Below, in pieces: positions 1 to 17,910 of a stretch of DNA of 64,000 nt. Positions within the stretch are counted from its first letter, which is position 1. Each line of letters begins with the position of its first letter. The notes beneath the pieces are model-generated. The model was not told where the DNA came from. It saw only the letters and a list, made by a program, of their open reading frames with translations, and ran no database searches. Source of the DNA: the human T2T-CHM13v2.0 reference genome, Homo sapiens; assembly GCF_009914755.1 (NCBI RefSeq), contig NC_060940.1; one strand, given 5' to 3'. The translations under genes and the position numbers were made by a program.

Positions 1-669
1 ATGCGGCAGCCAGAGGACCCCGGACCAGCCCTCACCTTGGGCAGGATTTGTGGGGCGGGTGCGTGGTGGGAACTTGGATGGAGGCTTGAGGGGCCCGTGG
101 GCGGGGTGGGCTGCGCGCAGACATCCCCTTACAACCCGAATTTCCATCTGGTCCAGCCCTCTCGTCTTGTAGGTGAGGAAACCAAAGGCCTGAGGGAGAA
201 CTGACTTGCCAGGAACCTCTCTTAAAGAGAATTAACAAAGTGTGGTTATTAAAGGAGAACTGAGTTGGGAGTCAGACCTGGGAGCCCACACCCTTGGTTG
301 AGACATTATACCACCTTGAGTCTGGCCTGTTGACTGAGGGTGAGCCACTCCATCCTCGTCTGATTGTGGGGTCTTGACCTCAAGGGGTTTCCTGCAGGAA
401 GAAGCAGATGGGTTTGCTTTCCTAGCTCTGTCCAGTACCTTAGGGACCCTGAGGACTGGAGAGATTCTTGGAGAGCTATCTAGTGTATGTCATGGGTGGG
501 CCTTTTTTGAAGGTCAGTCTGCCCAGTGGACTGGCTCAGCCCGAATGAACTCTCTTGAATCTTTGGAGTTGTCTGTGTACTTTTAAGGGCTTCTCATCCT
601 TGCACCAAAAGATCCCCTGGAAATTAGGTGGGAAAACCTTAACTTTCATGGGGACTTTTTCATGCACAT

Positions 670-950
670 GGCCAGGTGTGGTGGCTCACAACTGTTATCC
701 TGTCCTGGATCCCTTGAGTCAAGGAGTTTGAGACCAACCTGGACAATATAGTGAGACCATGTCTCTACAAAAAATAAAATGTTAGCCAGGAGTGGTTGTG
801 CACATCTGTAGTCCCAGCTACTACTGTGGCTAAGGTGGGCGGAGCACTTGAGCCTGCACTGAGCTGTGATCTCACCAGTGTACTGCAGCCTGGGCCACTG
901 AGCAAGACCTTGACTCAAAAAAAAAATAAATAAATAAATAAAACAAAAAA
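670..950 (+). mobile_element. Degenerate Alu (AluJ-like) with internal left-arm deletion
   Basis: GGCCAGGTGTGGTGGCTCAC start, GAGTTTGAGACCAACCTGG, A-rich linker, right arm ending GCAAGACCTTGACTC plus A-tail. Confidence 0.85.
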
Positions 951-1060
951 TATTCTTGAAGATTTTGCATTCTGTCCCACTATCCATTGGTTTTCATGTC
1001 AAGATAATGTCAGAAATTCTTTACAATTGCTTCCAGAAGGAGTAGCCTTTTGATCTAGTG

Positions 1061-1257
1061 CACAGGTGTCCAGTCTTTTGGCTTCTCAGGGCCACATTGG
1101 AAGAAGAATTCTCCTGGGCCACACATAAAATACACTATTGCTAACAACAGCTGATGAGCTTATAAAAAAAAAAAAAAGGTTTGTGCATAATTTTCATGAT
1201 ACCCACCACCACAGATAGGCAGAAAAGTCCTTTTAGTCAAAGGGTTGGACACGGCTG
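1061..1257 (+). mobile_element. MER30-family hAT-Charlie non-autonomous DNA transposon
   Basis: Resembles MER30 consensus (GGTGTCCAGTCTTTTGGCTTC..GGGCCACATTGGAAGAAGAA..GGGTTGGACA); imperfect TIRs; 8-bp TSD ATCTAGTG (1053-1060) / ATCTAATG (1258-1265). Confidence 0.85.
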
Positions 1258-1622
1258 ATCTAATGTCTTGTCATCTGTTTTGGCTTTCTCCCTGATTCCA
1301 GAATGCAGGTAGAGATGTAGAGAGGTGCTCTCAGGACAGCTGTTGAGATAAAAAAATTCGTTGTCATTTATTCCCAAGCACAGCTGTTTGTCATTTGCAT
1401 TAAAAAAGTCTCCATTTAAACTGCTGTCACATATAAAACCTGTTTATATAAGTCTGTATTTTTCTGTTGTCATGGCATTTGTGGGTAGTAGTGTGTTTTA
1501 ACTGAGCAAACTGTCCTTCAAATAATGAAGCCGAAGTCAGCCTACCTGCTTGCCATGTTTCTTCCCCTTCCATTTTTCTAACTTCAGGATAATTGTAAGA
1601 ATGAATTAAGATTTGTGTTTAA

Positions 1623-1770
1623 GGCCAGGCACAGTGTCTCAGGCCTGTAGTCTTAGCACTTTGGGAGGGGGAGACGGATGTATCGCTTGAGTTCAGGAGT
1701 TGAAGACCAGCCTGGGCAACATACTAAGACTCCGTTTTGTACAATTAAATTAAAATTTAAAAAAAGAAGA
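1623..1770 (+). mobile_element. Alu monomer (FLAM-like)
   Basis: Single left-arm-type monomer GGCCAGGCACAGTG...CCAGCCTGGGCAACATA followed by an A-rich tail, with no right arm. Confidence 0.8.
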
Positions 1771-2644
1771 GGAAAAGACTTGTGTTTCAAATTTAAAAAA
1801 AGGTGGGGGAAGTGTAATGCAAAATGTGGACTATGCCAGCTATGATTAGGAAAAATAATTTTTCCTACAGCATTATCTGTAGACTTGTATTAGCAGCATA
1901 CTGGTCATAAGTGTTTTGCTTTCCTCAAATATGATGAGGTAAGGTACTTTAAAGTGTGGTGGGGCTTTCTTCCACGTGGCTCCTGGAGGTGTTCAGTCCC
2001 AATTTAGCCAATTAATTTGGGTTTAGTTTTGATATGGATAAGGGAGACGAGCTTCATTCATGGTGCACACACAGTTTTGCCAATAAGGAAAAAATAAAGC
2101 AACCTGAATGTTCCTACTCATTAGATGCTATCTGGAGAGCTCCTACCTCACCCCTGCCAAGGCTCGGGCCCTTAAAAAGACTCAATGCAGCCTTTCTGTA
2201 TCTCATACTGTATTCTGCAAGATGCTCCTGTGAAAGAAAGTTGTGCTGCATCAGCCATCTCCCTCCTGAAGATCCCTGCGGATGAGGATTTGCGTTTTAA
2301 AGGTTCTGAGAACTCCTGCAACAACAGTTCTCAAACTTATTTGTCCAGGGGAATATTTTCTTCCACTGAACATAGCTGGGGAGACACGGCCTTAAGCCTT
2401 GAGCAGAGAAAGAGACAAGAAACAGTTGCCTCACTTACAACCAAGTGTTGTGTTTATGTTTTAGGTTTTTATGAAACTGAGGTGCTGTTTGAAGTTCTAA
2501 ATGAAATTGGGTGGTTGAAGAGAGGCTGGTATCCCTGTAGACTTAGCCAGCCATGTGAGGTTGCCTTTTGTTGAAGGAGGTGTTTTACAAAGGGAAATAG
2601 GGTGTCTCCTGGGCATCACATTAGCACTTAAATGCATGTATCAC

Positions 2645-3050
2645 TGAAATGAAATGAAATGATGAAATGAAATGAAATGATGAAATGAAATGATAAATTG
2701 ATGAAATGAAATGATGATATGAAATGAAATGGTGAAATGTTGAAATGAAATGATGACATGAAATTAAATGATGAAATGATGAGATGAAATGAAATGATGA
2801 AATGATGCAATGAAATGATGCAATGATGAAATGGAATGATGAAATGAAATGATGAAATGAAATGATGAAATGAAATGAGGAAATGAAATGATGAAATGAA
2901 ATGATGGAGTGAAATGATGAAATGAAATGATGAAATGAAATGAAAAGATGAAATGATGAAATGAAGAAATGGGATGAAATGATGAAATGAAATGAAAGGA
3001 TGAAATGAAGTGAAATGATGAAATGATGAAATGATGAAATAATGAAATGA
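2645..3050. repeat. (GAAAT)/(GAAATGAT) simple satellite, copy A, truncated by L1
   Basis: Continuous GAAAT pentamers interspersed with GAT triplets; ends abruptly at the L1 5' end. Confidence 0.95.
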
Positions 3051-4077
3051 GGGGTGGAGTCAAGATGGCCGAACAAGAACAGCTCTGGTCTACAGCTCCC
3101 AGCGTGAGCGACTCAGAAGACAGGTGATTTCTGCATTTCCATCTGAGGTACCGTGTTCATCTCACTAGGGAGTGCCCAACAGTGGGTGCAGGACAGTGGG
3201 TGCAGCGCACCGTGTGCAAGCTGAAGCATGGCGAGGCATTGCCTCACTCGGGAAGTGCAAAGGGTCAGGGAGTTCTCTTTCCTAGTCAAAGAAAGGGGTG
3301 ACAGACGGCACCTGGAAAATCAGGTCACTCTCACCCTAATACTGTGTTTTTTCAATGGGCTTGGAAAACAGCACACCAGGAGATTGTGTCCCGCACCTGG
3401 CTCAGAGGGTCCTACACCCACAAAGTCTCGCAGATTGCTAGCACAGCAGTCTGAGATCAAACTGCAAGGCGGCAGTGAGGCTGGGGGAAGGGTGCCCACC
3501 ATTGCCCAGGCTTGGTTAGGTAAACAAAGCAGCCAGGCAGCTGGAACTGGGTGGAGCCCACCACAGCTCCAGGAGTCCTGCCTGCCTCTGTAGGCTCCAC
3601 CTCTGGGGGCAGGGCACAGACAAACAAAAAGTCAGCAGAAACCTCTGCAGACTTAAATGTCCCTGTCTGACAGCTTTGAAGAGAGTAGTGGTTCTCCCAG
3701 CACGCAGCTAGAGATCTGAGAACGGGCAGACTGCCTCCTAAAGTGGGTCACTGACCCCCGAGCAGCCTAACTGGGAGGCACCCCTCAGTAGGGACAGACT
3801 GACACCTCACTCGGCCGGGTAGTCCTCTGAGACCAAACTTCCAGAGGAACGATCAGACAGCTGAGTTTGTGGTTCACGAAAATCCGCTGTTATGCAGCCA
3901 CCACTGCTGATACCCAGGCAAACAGGGTCTGGAGTGGACCTCTAGGAAACTCCAACAGATCTGCAGCTGAGGGTCCTGTCTTTTAGAAGGAAAACTAACA
4001 AACAGAAGGACACCCACACCAAAAGCCCATCTGTACATCACCATCATCAAAGACCAAAAGTTGATAAAACCACAAAG

Positions 4078-5093
4078 ACAGGGAGAAAACAGAGCAGAAA
4101 AACTGGAAACTCTAAAAAGCAGAGCACGTCTCCTTCTCCAAAGGAACGCAGTTCCTCACCAGCAATGGAACAAAGCTGGACGGAGAATGACTTTGACGAG
4201 TTGAGAGAAGAAGGCTTCAGATGATCAAACTACTCCGAGCTACAGGAGGAAATTCAAACCAATAGCAAAGAAGTTATAAACTTTGAAAAACGATTAGATG
4301 AATGTATAACTGGAATAATCAATGCAGAGAAGTGCTTAAAGGAGCTGATGGAGCTGAAAGCCAAGGCTCAAGAACTACATGAAGAATGCAGAAGCCTCAG
4401 GAGTGGATGCAATCAACAGGAAGAAAGAGTACCAGTGATGGAAGATGAAATGAATGAAATGAAGCAAGAAGGGAAGTTTAGAGAAAAAAGAATAAAAAGA
4501 AATGAACAAAGCCTCCAAGAAATATGGGACTATGTGAAAAGACCAAATCTACGTCTCATTGGTGTACCTGAAAGTGACGGGGATAATGGAACCAAGTTGG
4601 AAAACACTCTGCACGACGTTATCCAGGAGAACTTCCCCAATCTAGCAAGGCAGGCCAACATTCAGATTCAGGAAATACAGAGAACGCCACAAAGATACTC
4701 CTCAAGAAGAGCAACTCCAAGACACATAATTGTCAGATTCACCAAAGTTGAAATGAAGGAAAAAATGTTAAGGGCAGCCAGAGAGAAAGGTCGGGTTACC
4801 CACAAAGGGAAGCCCATCAGACTAACAGCTGATCTCTCGGCAGAAACTCTACAAGCCAGAAGAGAGTGGGGGTCAATATTCAACATTCTTAAAGAAAAGA
4901 ATTTTCAACCCAGAATTTCATATCCAGCCAAATTAAGCTTCATAAGTGAAGGAGAAATAAAATACTTTACAGAAAAACAATGCTGAGAGATTTTGTCACC
5001 ACCAGGCCTGCCCTAAAAGAGCTCCTGAAGGAAGCACTAAACATGGAAAGGAACAACCAGTAACAGCCACTGCAAAAACATGCCAAATTGTAA
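4078..5093 (+). pseudogene. L1 ORF1p remnant
   Basis: Start ATG reads ACA (4078-4080); in-frame TGA at 4222-4224; ORF 4348..4986 (WDYVKRPNLRLIGVPE, YPAKLSF) then a frameshift; native TAA at 5091-5093. Confidence 0.92.
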
Positions 5094-5156
5094 AGACCAT
5101 CGAGGCTAGGAAGAAACTGCATCAACTAACGAGCAAAATAACCAGCAAACATCATA

Positions 5157-8860
<3,704 letters not shown>

Positions 8861-9189
8861 ACCATGAGAACACGTGGACACAGGAAGGGGAACATCACAC
8901 ACCGGGGACTTTTATGGGGTTGGGGGAGGGGAGAGGGATAGCATTAGGTGATGTACCTAATGCTAAATGACACATGGACACAGGAATGGGAACATCACAC
9001 ACTGGAGAATGTTGTGGAGTGGGGGGAGGGGGGAAGGGATTGCTTTAGGAGATATACCTAATGCTAAATGACGAGTTAATGGGTGCAACACACCTACATA
9101 GCACATGAATACTTATGTTACAAACCTGCATATTGTGCACATGTATCCTAAAACTTAAAGAATAATAATAAAATAAAATAAAAAAAAAC

Positions 9190-11400
9190 AAAATATACAC
9201 TAATACAGATTAATGAACTAAAAAAAAAGTAGAGAAAGGTCATTTAAAAATATAAAGGATACAGTAATAATCTAACACGTTGAAATCTAAGAGAGAGAAA
9301 ACAGCTGGTCTGAACAGCATTTTAAGTGGCAATGTTAGAGGTTTTATCAAAATCGACCAATAATGTTCAACCACAGGTTCAGGAGGCTTTGCAAACCAAA
9401 GGAAAACACACACAGAGGACACACCGAGAAACATAGTGGGACAATTTCTAAAAAGTAAAAGAAAAATGTAAGGAGCACTTGATAAAAAAATTGGGCTAAC
9501 TACAAACAGAAAGAGTTGACTGATAACCTTCTCAAATGAAACAATGAAAGCCAACAAGTGAGGTATTGATATCTTTCAAGTCCTGAAATAAAATAAGTGC
9601 CGACCTAGAACTGTCTACTTGGTGGACATATCCATCAAAGGCAAAGATACAATAAAGAATTTCTCCCAAGCAGACCCACAGGAAAGGAAATACTAAAGAT
9701 TATTCTTCAGGTAGAAGAGCCATGATCCCTGATGAAAGTTTGCAGTTAGAAGAACGATTTTTTTTAATGAAAGAAATAAACATAGAGAGAAATTTAATTG
9801 GATATCAGCTGTATAACAGAATGCTATCTCATAAAGTTTAAAATGTATCTTCCATACAACAGCAGAAGCATATAAGTTGTGAGTTGGATAAATTAATTTT
9901 AAAATATTGTCAAGTCTTTTTTTTGCAAATAGACAAGTGTACCAATTATATTAGGCCCTGAAGTCAAGAATGCACGTTGTAATAAACCAGTTAAAACATA
10001 ATCAGACCAGATTTTTTTAAATGGACTCTCTTAAAGTTTTTATAATTTATATTTATATTTCACATATGTTGAAAGTAAATAATGGAAAAGCATGCAATGC
10101 GAATATTAACCAAAATATAGCTTTCGTTGTACTTATATTCACATTTAAAAAGTTGGACACAGTTAACTCTCAGTGATTTTTTTTACACAATGGAGGCAAG
10201 CTGTGCAGTTATAACTAGTATTATATTATGCTCTTGGCCTGATTAGAGAAGGGAAAGGGGCGATCATACCAGACAACGGCAGAATGAAGCAACAAGGAGT
10301 AGAGTTACAGAACATGATGCTGTAACTGGTTACACTTTTAGAGTTAAAGATAGTAAACTGGACAAAATATATGAAACTTTTTTTGAAGTACTGAACATCA
10401 GGCAGCACAGGACTGTGCTCTGCAAGAGAAGAGAAGGAGCCAGAATGGGTCCTGCTTTATTCCCAGGTTCTCCGTGACAGCAGTAGAGAGGAATCCCAGA
10501 GAGAGCAGACATTGTCATTGCACTGAGGAACCAGATAAAAATCAAAAAAGTTTGAGCAGCTGGAATGTGTAGTAGAAGAGAAAGTTTACAGAAAAAGGAA
10601 CCAAGAATAAGCCTAAGGTTTCTCCCAAGTCCCTAAGCGAAATGTAAAGACATGTTAGTTCTGACCAGCCAGAGAAGGGAATCCCCTCTGTATATCCAGG
10701 GTATTCAGTAAAGACCACTGGAGGTTCATGCCCTAGTGACAGTGCTCATTTAGCTCCAAATTACAGATGGCTCTAGACTAACTCAACAAAGTTTAAAGAG
10801 AAGATTTAAAACAACAACAGAAAAATAATCATCCTGAAGTTACTGAACTGCCTGCCACAACATTGTTCAAAGGTAGCCAATAAAATCTAGATATTCAATA
10901 GCATAACATCAAAATACCCCCCAAAAAAACTCTGACATGCAAAGAAGCCGGAAGATATATATTATTAAGATATATGTTAACAGTATAAAAATAAGTCATT
11001 TATAAATGACAGAGAAGAAGGAATTTTCAAGGTCCTTAAAGTAAATATATTTTATAAATACATATAGATAAATACATATATATGTCAAATTACTTAAATG
11101 GAAATTGAACATAGGAGAAAATAGAAGTTATAAAATGAAAAATGTGACATGTATAGATGAAAAATAAATATTTGAAATAAAAATTCCACGATATAGAATA
11201 AGTAATGGATTTTACCCTAACATCAGAAAATTTATAGAAAAAAATAGAAGCTTTACAAACTAAAGGACAAAGGGTAAACTAAAATAAGAAAGCCAGAATC
11301 TCACTGATACGTGAGACAATATGCAGCAGTGTAACATACATGTAATTAATATCTCAAAAAGGATGGGTGGGGCAATTATACTTGAATAAAGAATGGTACA
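9190..11400 (+). mobile_element. Ancient L1M-type fragments (ORF1/ORF2-start-like, highly diverged)
   Basis: A-rich purine-skewed sequence with degraded L1 motifs (e.g. CAATGAAAGCCAACAAG..ATATCTTTCAAGTCCTGAAA, CCTAGAACTG); subfamily and boundaries uncertain. Confidence 0.5.
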
Positions 11401-11439
11401 CTCATTCCTGAGGGCACCGAGGAGGGAGGATAGCTTGAG

Positions 11440-11576
11440 ATTCCTAAGGGAGGGTATTATCCATTCATGAAGGTCCATCCCCATGACCCAACACCTCCCA
11501 GTAAGCCCCACCTGCAACATTGGGGATCAAATTTTAACATGAGATTTGGAAGGGGCAAGCATTCAAACCATAGCAA
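11440..11576 (-). mobile_element. MST-type MaLR LTR fragment
   Basis: CCCATGACCCAACACCTCCC..GGGGATCAAATTTTAACATGAGATTTGGAAGGGGC..CAAACCATAGCA, a typical MaLR LTR terminus. Confidence 0.7.
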
Positions 11577-13004
11577 GAGTTAAATTTCCTTTTAAAAAAA
11601 GTCACTGATATGATTCCATTTCACCATAGATAAAAAGTAGTATTTCAGCCTACCATTGAGTGTACTTATAGGTCACCAAAAGGGCACTCTGTCTCGGAAA
11701 TACAGATTTGCCTAGAGGTATCCTATTGCAGTCAAAGAAACAGCAATGAGGGATAGAAAAGGTTAGTGATGGAGACACCAACCTTGCATTTTACAACAAA
11801 CAATGTAAAAACGTTACGGATTGGTTCTGCTAACTTACTACAGTTTACATTCCTCTCAGGTGGGAGAATTGTTGAGTTTTTTCTTAAGATAGAAAAGCAA
11901 TTCAGATAATCTGAAATCTCCACAAGAAGGATAAGAAGAACAGCAGAAACTATTCTAGGCAGGAAGTCAATCCTTTCAACTGTCTGTGCTCCATAGAAAC
12001 CATTGTCTGCACTGGGAGTCATATGAGGTACAGACAACAGCCAGACCTCTGATCCTCTCATTAGTGATTTCAGAAGAAATTACCAGTCAACTGAGTAATT
12101 CACTGAGTAAAGTAAACATTTGGCACTGAAAGAGATTAGACTGATAACTATTTGTATCACCATGTTCATGAAGCTGGAATATTTTCCATTACTGGTATCA
12201 CATCCGAATGGAAGTTGTTAAAAGGTCTCTCATCTTGTAAGATGGATATGAAAGAACATTTTCTGAGAAATGAAATTATTAACACACCTACGAGCTGGAT
12301 GGAAGAGAAAAATAGAATTATCAGCTTGAGTTCTTCTTCTTGATAAGACAACTTACTAAAAACATAAAGAGAAAAATACAAGTTTAAAATAATTAACCAG
12401 AAGAAGACAACTCTAGATTTTTTAAATTGCTGATAAGATTTTAATTTGCTCCAAGTTGAAAATAACTATGTTGCTTGTGTTTTAAGGCACATAATGAGCA
12501 ATTATATCACACATGATAGATTCAGCATTAAAATATTATCCGTTAACAGCTGGAACTCATAAAAGCATAGCACAATGTGAAGATGGAATTTGCTAAAATA
12601 AACCATCTGCTGAAAACTACTATTCTGCAAATTTAAAAATAAAGTTTAAATTTTTTTGTCTTATTTAATAGGTCTGTGAAAAAAATGTAATATTTGAAAA
12701 GTAGATGCTACCTTAATTAGTTCTTTATGTTAGACAGCTGGTTACAGTAATGCACAGTAAGGTGCTACATAGATATATTGCTAAATTTTCTGCATATACC
12801 ATGCATTTAGTTTAAATTATTTGAAATTTTATAGTTAAAGTAACAAATGTATATTTAAATGTTTTGACACAAATTGCAAATATACCTTTAAAAAGCGTCT
12901 TACACACTACATATTATTTGTCACATATATATTTGTCTTTTCTCTATAGGAAAGTTTAAATTTTTCCCTTGAAGCTTTAATTATATGAGTCTATAAAACA
13001 AACT

Positions 13005-13880
<876 letters not shown>

Positions 13881-14849
13881 TCCATATGTACAATAAATAT
13901 TATTGTGATTTTTAATCTTTAGTCTCTGTGAAGAAAACACAGGTGTGATCTCTAGTGTAGCTGAACATCACGTTTATTTGACAATATTGCACTTGTGTGT
14001 GGGTGTATGTGTGTGTAGCTACTCTTTACCTTTGTTCTCACTTAATGATTAGATATTAACAATTAATTCAGTAAAATGTATGTTTTGCAGTATTTCTCCA
14101 TGTTATTATGCTTTCAATTAGTTTAATCATGACCCTATAATGTGTACATTTTAACCTTTTACTATAGGTCTCAATCTTACTTTGGTTCCTGTATTTGAAT
14201 TTATGCTAATAAAGTCCTACAGCTAAAAAGGATTATATAAACATCTACATTTTTACTAGTATTCTGGTGTCATTTTAAATTATGTAATTAAACCAAATTT
14301 TAATTTGGATTATTGTTATCTGAGTTCAGGATCTAAATTTTTAATTTTCTTATAAATATTACATAATTATTTCTGAACCATATATTGACTAATCTGCCCT
14401 TTATATGATGTGCATTATAGGAGCTTGGGATTGATTCATTTGCAAAGATGAATGCTTGAGAAGTAGATATTTAATCATAACATTTCAAAATCTACTGGAT
14501 AACCTAGAATTGAGAAATAGCCTATAGGTTGAAAAACTCCTGTAGTGAAGAAAGAAAATAACTAATATACATTGATAATATAAATATTATAAGTATTTTA
14601 TTATCACCCTGAAATTTGATAATACAAACATGTAATATCTACATATCATCCATATATCAGGTCATAAAAAATCAATACATTCTTCAAAAATTTAGCATAA
14701 CAGAATGTACTCTCTCTCCTTGATGGAATTAAGTTACAAATAAAAGTAAAACTAAGTAGATAAGTAGATGGAAGCAGATGTTTAAAAACAAAGAAAAATA
14801 TTTGTTTTGGATAACATAAAAACTCAATTGACAATTCCAATATTTCAAG

Positions 14850-15045
14850 AGGTTTGGCTGTCAACTGGGGGAGAGTTTTCCCCAGGAGACATTTGTCAAT
14901 GTCTAGGGTTATTTTGGAGGTGTCAAGACTAGTGGAGGTGTGAAATTTAGAGGTCAAACGAAACACCTAGCATTGCTAGGGCAGCCTCCCACAACAAAGA
15001 ATCCTCCGGTCCTAAAGGTAAGTTGCACCAAGGTTGAGAAACCAT
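14850..15045 (+). mobile_element. MER20-like hAT DNA transposon relic
   Basis: CCCAGGAGACATTTGTCAATGTCT..CCCACAACAAAGAAT..CCAAGGTTGAGAAACC matches the recalled MER20 consensus. Confidence 0.75.
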
Positions 15046-15159
15046 AATCTTTAAAGTAAACACTATGTAGCCATTCCAAGTGCTCAGGAAAACACATCAA
15101 TGCTCTCGTAGGGAAAAGTGCAAACATTTTAATTGCTGTACATGGTGACACAAATCCAT

Positions 15160-15615
15160 GTTGTTAATCTAAGTGGAAGAGGCTGAAGCACAAAACGTAA
15201 TTCAAAGAGTTTACTTGAGCCACAATGAGGACAGCTGCCTGGAAGAAACAGATCCAAGTATCCTTGGATATGAACTCCCTTTGGAGCTTTCCAACAAGCA
15301 GTTTCTTAAAGGCAAAAAAGGGACAACAAGTGGGATGACGCAAATAGGTTTGTCACAAATTCTCATTGTCTTATGGAAATAACATTTATTAGTGACTGGC
15401 TATACACTGTTACACTATTATTGGGTGTGGATTATAGTGTCTGGTGTGGCATTATTGGTTAATTTATAGCTACTGTGGCAACAGCAAGCAGCCTAGATGA
15501 ACACACAGCTCAAAGAGGAGCAGAACAGAACTGCTGTCTCATTTGAATATCTCTCTGGGCCTGATTATTTAAAAGGACTTGCATTTCTCACATGAAAGTT
15601 ATTTTCTTTTCTCAA
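15160..15615 (-). mobile_element. ERV1-type LTR relic (MER4-group-like)
   Basis: TGTT..AAAGAGTTTACTTGAGCCA..GAGGACAGCTGCC..TATTTTCTTTTCTCA architecture; subfamily not assignable. Confidence 0.45.
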
Positions 15616-15789
15616 TGTCAATAAATGACAATAAATAGACATAAAACACATCTTTTCGAGGATGAAGTAAATGGAATAAAAAACAAAACCCAAGCTGAGC
15701 AGAAATCATAGAGGGAAGAAAAGGTTATAAATATATGGATTTTTCAAAATGATTTTAAGCTATTAGGAATCAGTTAAATGTTGCGGGAT

Positions 15790-16348
15790 TTTGTCTGGGT
15801 ATGGGCTAAAAGAGAATGTCCCTTTTGCCTTCTGAAGTTTCCCTGAAAATCACTAATAGGAGGCAGATAAATAGTAGAAAAGGCATACAAGTTTCTGCAA
15901 TGTGTGTACACTGGAGCCCTTAGAATGAAGACCCAGACACACGATGTGTGCAGAAGCTTATCTACCACATGAAGTTTACAGAAAGAACGGGGTCTTGGAT
16001 CACGGGGGGGGGAAAAAAAGAAAGGTTATGTGAGAAAAGGACCCTGGCTAGCAGCAGTGGACTTATTACGTAGGTGAAACCTCACTGGGAGCAGTCCTCA
16101 GAGAGACGAGACAGAAAATGTTTCTTTCAGACCTTTGGAGACCTCAGACTCTCAGTTAACCTTTCCTAGATCCAGACAAGGGGGCAGACTTCAGAGAAAG
16201 CCTGGCTGCCTCAAGGCAGATTCTCTACCGATGCAAATCTCCTCAAGACAGCTTTGCAGCTATGTTTACATTTCCAGCCCTTCTGAATAGCCATTTTGAA
16301 ATATATCAAGGAAATATATTTTGGGGTAAAATATATTAGTTTCCTTCA
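15790..16348 (-). mobile_element. ERV1 MER4-group LTR (MER34/MER39-like)
   Basis: CAGATTCTCTACCGATGCAAATCTCC..GCCATTTTGAAATATATCAAGGAAATATATTTTGGGGTAAAATATATTAGTTTCCTTCA. Confidence 0.6.
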
Positions 16349-16379
16349 TACAGGTATAAAACGTACAGGAATAATTTTT

Positions 16380-17910
16380 GTCAATGTCTACTACAAATCC
16401 AATATAGCTGTTATTATAAAACCCACCAGATATTGAAGAAAAAATATGTAGAGTACATCACTTACAAATATTGATACTAAAATGCCAAATAAAAATAATA
16501 TCCAACAATATTTGAAACAGTAAGACAAGAAATTGGCAAAAAAAAAAAAACAAATATCCACCTTGGGGATGAAAGTGTGATTCCAAATTTGGTAATCCAA
16601 TAATATTAATAATCATATTGATTAGCCCAAATAAAAAATAAATAGAGGATTCTCAGTACATGCTAAAGTATATTTGTTAAAAGGTAATATTCATGTCTTT
16701 AAAGATTTTAAATGCTATAAAGAGTCTGATATTCTATATGCAAACATGTGTATGTCCATTAGAAGAAGAGAGGCCTGATTTTAATGTTACTACATAGAGA
16801 TAGAGAAGTGGATAGATTAATTTGCATATGCATAGAGAAAGCATAAAATAGAAATTTACTACCATACTTAAAGGAATTTAAATTCAACAATAAAATAATT
16901 CAAAGGTAAAATTTTAAATATTTTTCACAGGTACATTAATATTAGATAATATTTATAATAATTGTGAAAATATTCAATGCTAAAATAAGATAGAATGTCT
17001 AAACCTCAGTATTAAAACTAGTATAAATATTTGCTTGTTTATACAAGGAAAATTCAAGCTCGACCTAAAATTATATAGGAAATAAAAGAAAAATTTTAAG
17101 GGAGCTCTTTAATAACACAAACATATATATATACACACACATATAACATGTATATATGTTATATGGGATAGATATAGATTTAACATATTATATCTATATT
17201 TGTATCTATCTGTAACTACAGCTGTATGTATGTACATTTCTATATATTTACTCAGTGATATAAATATAGACTGGAAGAAATATAAAGGCACATATGATTC
17301 TTGGATAAAAAGGATTTAGTATCATAAAGACAAATTCTTTCCAAATTCACCTATGAATTCACAATATACAGTTTCATTTGTATAATTTAAACTTTTTAAA
17401 TAAATTCCAAGATTCATTTAAAGGAATATACATGTATACCAGCCGTAAAGAAAGAAGCAAGAGTGCACTAAACTAACTTGCTATTAAAATACATTTTTAA
17501 ACTTAGTAATTAAAACTGAGCAGTACTGATTTGGAGTACTGGAATTTAGGTATATGGGATCTCAAAAGCATAGAGCTCAAAGGAGAACCCTGTATGCACG
17601 AGAGCTTAGGATGTGCTTTAGAAGGAATTACCAAACCACAGGCAAAGTTACTTTAGTGTCTCAGTCTTACTAGGTTTGAAAAGCCAGAGAAAAGACTCAA
17701 GGCCACCATATAAGAGCAAAACAAAAGGACAGGGAGAGAATGTGAAGATACTGAAACATTTTACATAAAGTTGTATAAAACATACTTTAAAGAAAATGTA
17801 AAGTTTAGGATATACATCAAAATTAGCAGAACCACTAAATAAATAAATAGGCATTGTAAAATAGCAAGAGAAAATTTAAATGGATTTCTAAAAAATATTG
17901 ACAACAATGA
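16380..17910 (+). mobile_element. Ancient L1M ORF2-region fragments
   Basis: Degraded L1 ORF2 motifs (ACAAATATTGATACTAAAAT..AAATAAAAT, ATGATTCTTGGATAAAAAGGATTTAGTATCATAAAG); boundaries approximate. Confidence 0.5.

Larger units (their letters stand above)
1..2644 (+). repeat. Segmental duplication copy A (presumed KSR1 intron-1-derived), paralogous to 35876-38524
   Basis: Colinear with 35876-38524 from ATGCGGCAGC... to ...TTAGCACTTAAAT(G/A)CATGTATCAC; same embedded Alu, MER30 and FLAM; paralogous ORFs in the track (e.g. 2034..2285 vs 37916..38167); roughly 90-95% identical by eye. Confidence 0.95.

Noticed and set aside
2034-2574. Short ORFs conserved between the two duplicated copies
   Set aside because: Similarity simply reflects recent duplication; frames and stops differ between copies (e.g. 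2185..2574 is split in copy B)
2621-3076. His/Phe/Ile/Ser-rich ORFs here and at 38521-39853
   Set aside because: Antisense translation of the (GAAAT/GAT) satellite
11600-12400. Non-repetitive-looking stretch with a 109-aa minus-strand ORF, considered as a receptor pseudogene or orphan exon
   Set aside because: No recognisable OR/V1R or other motif in the frames I checked; needs a tBLASTx/Dfam search to assign
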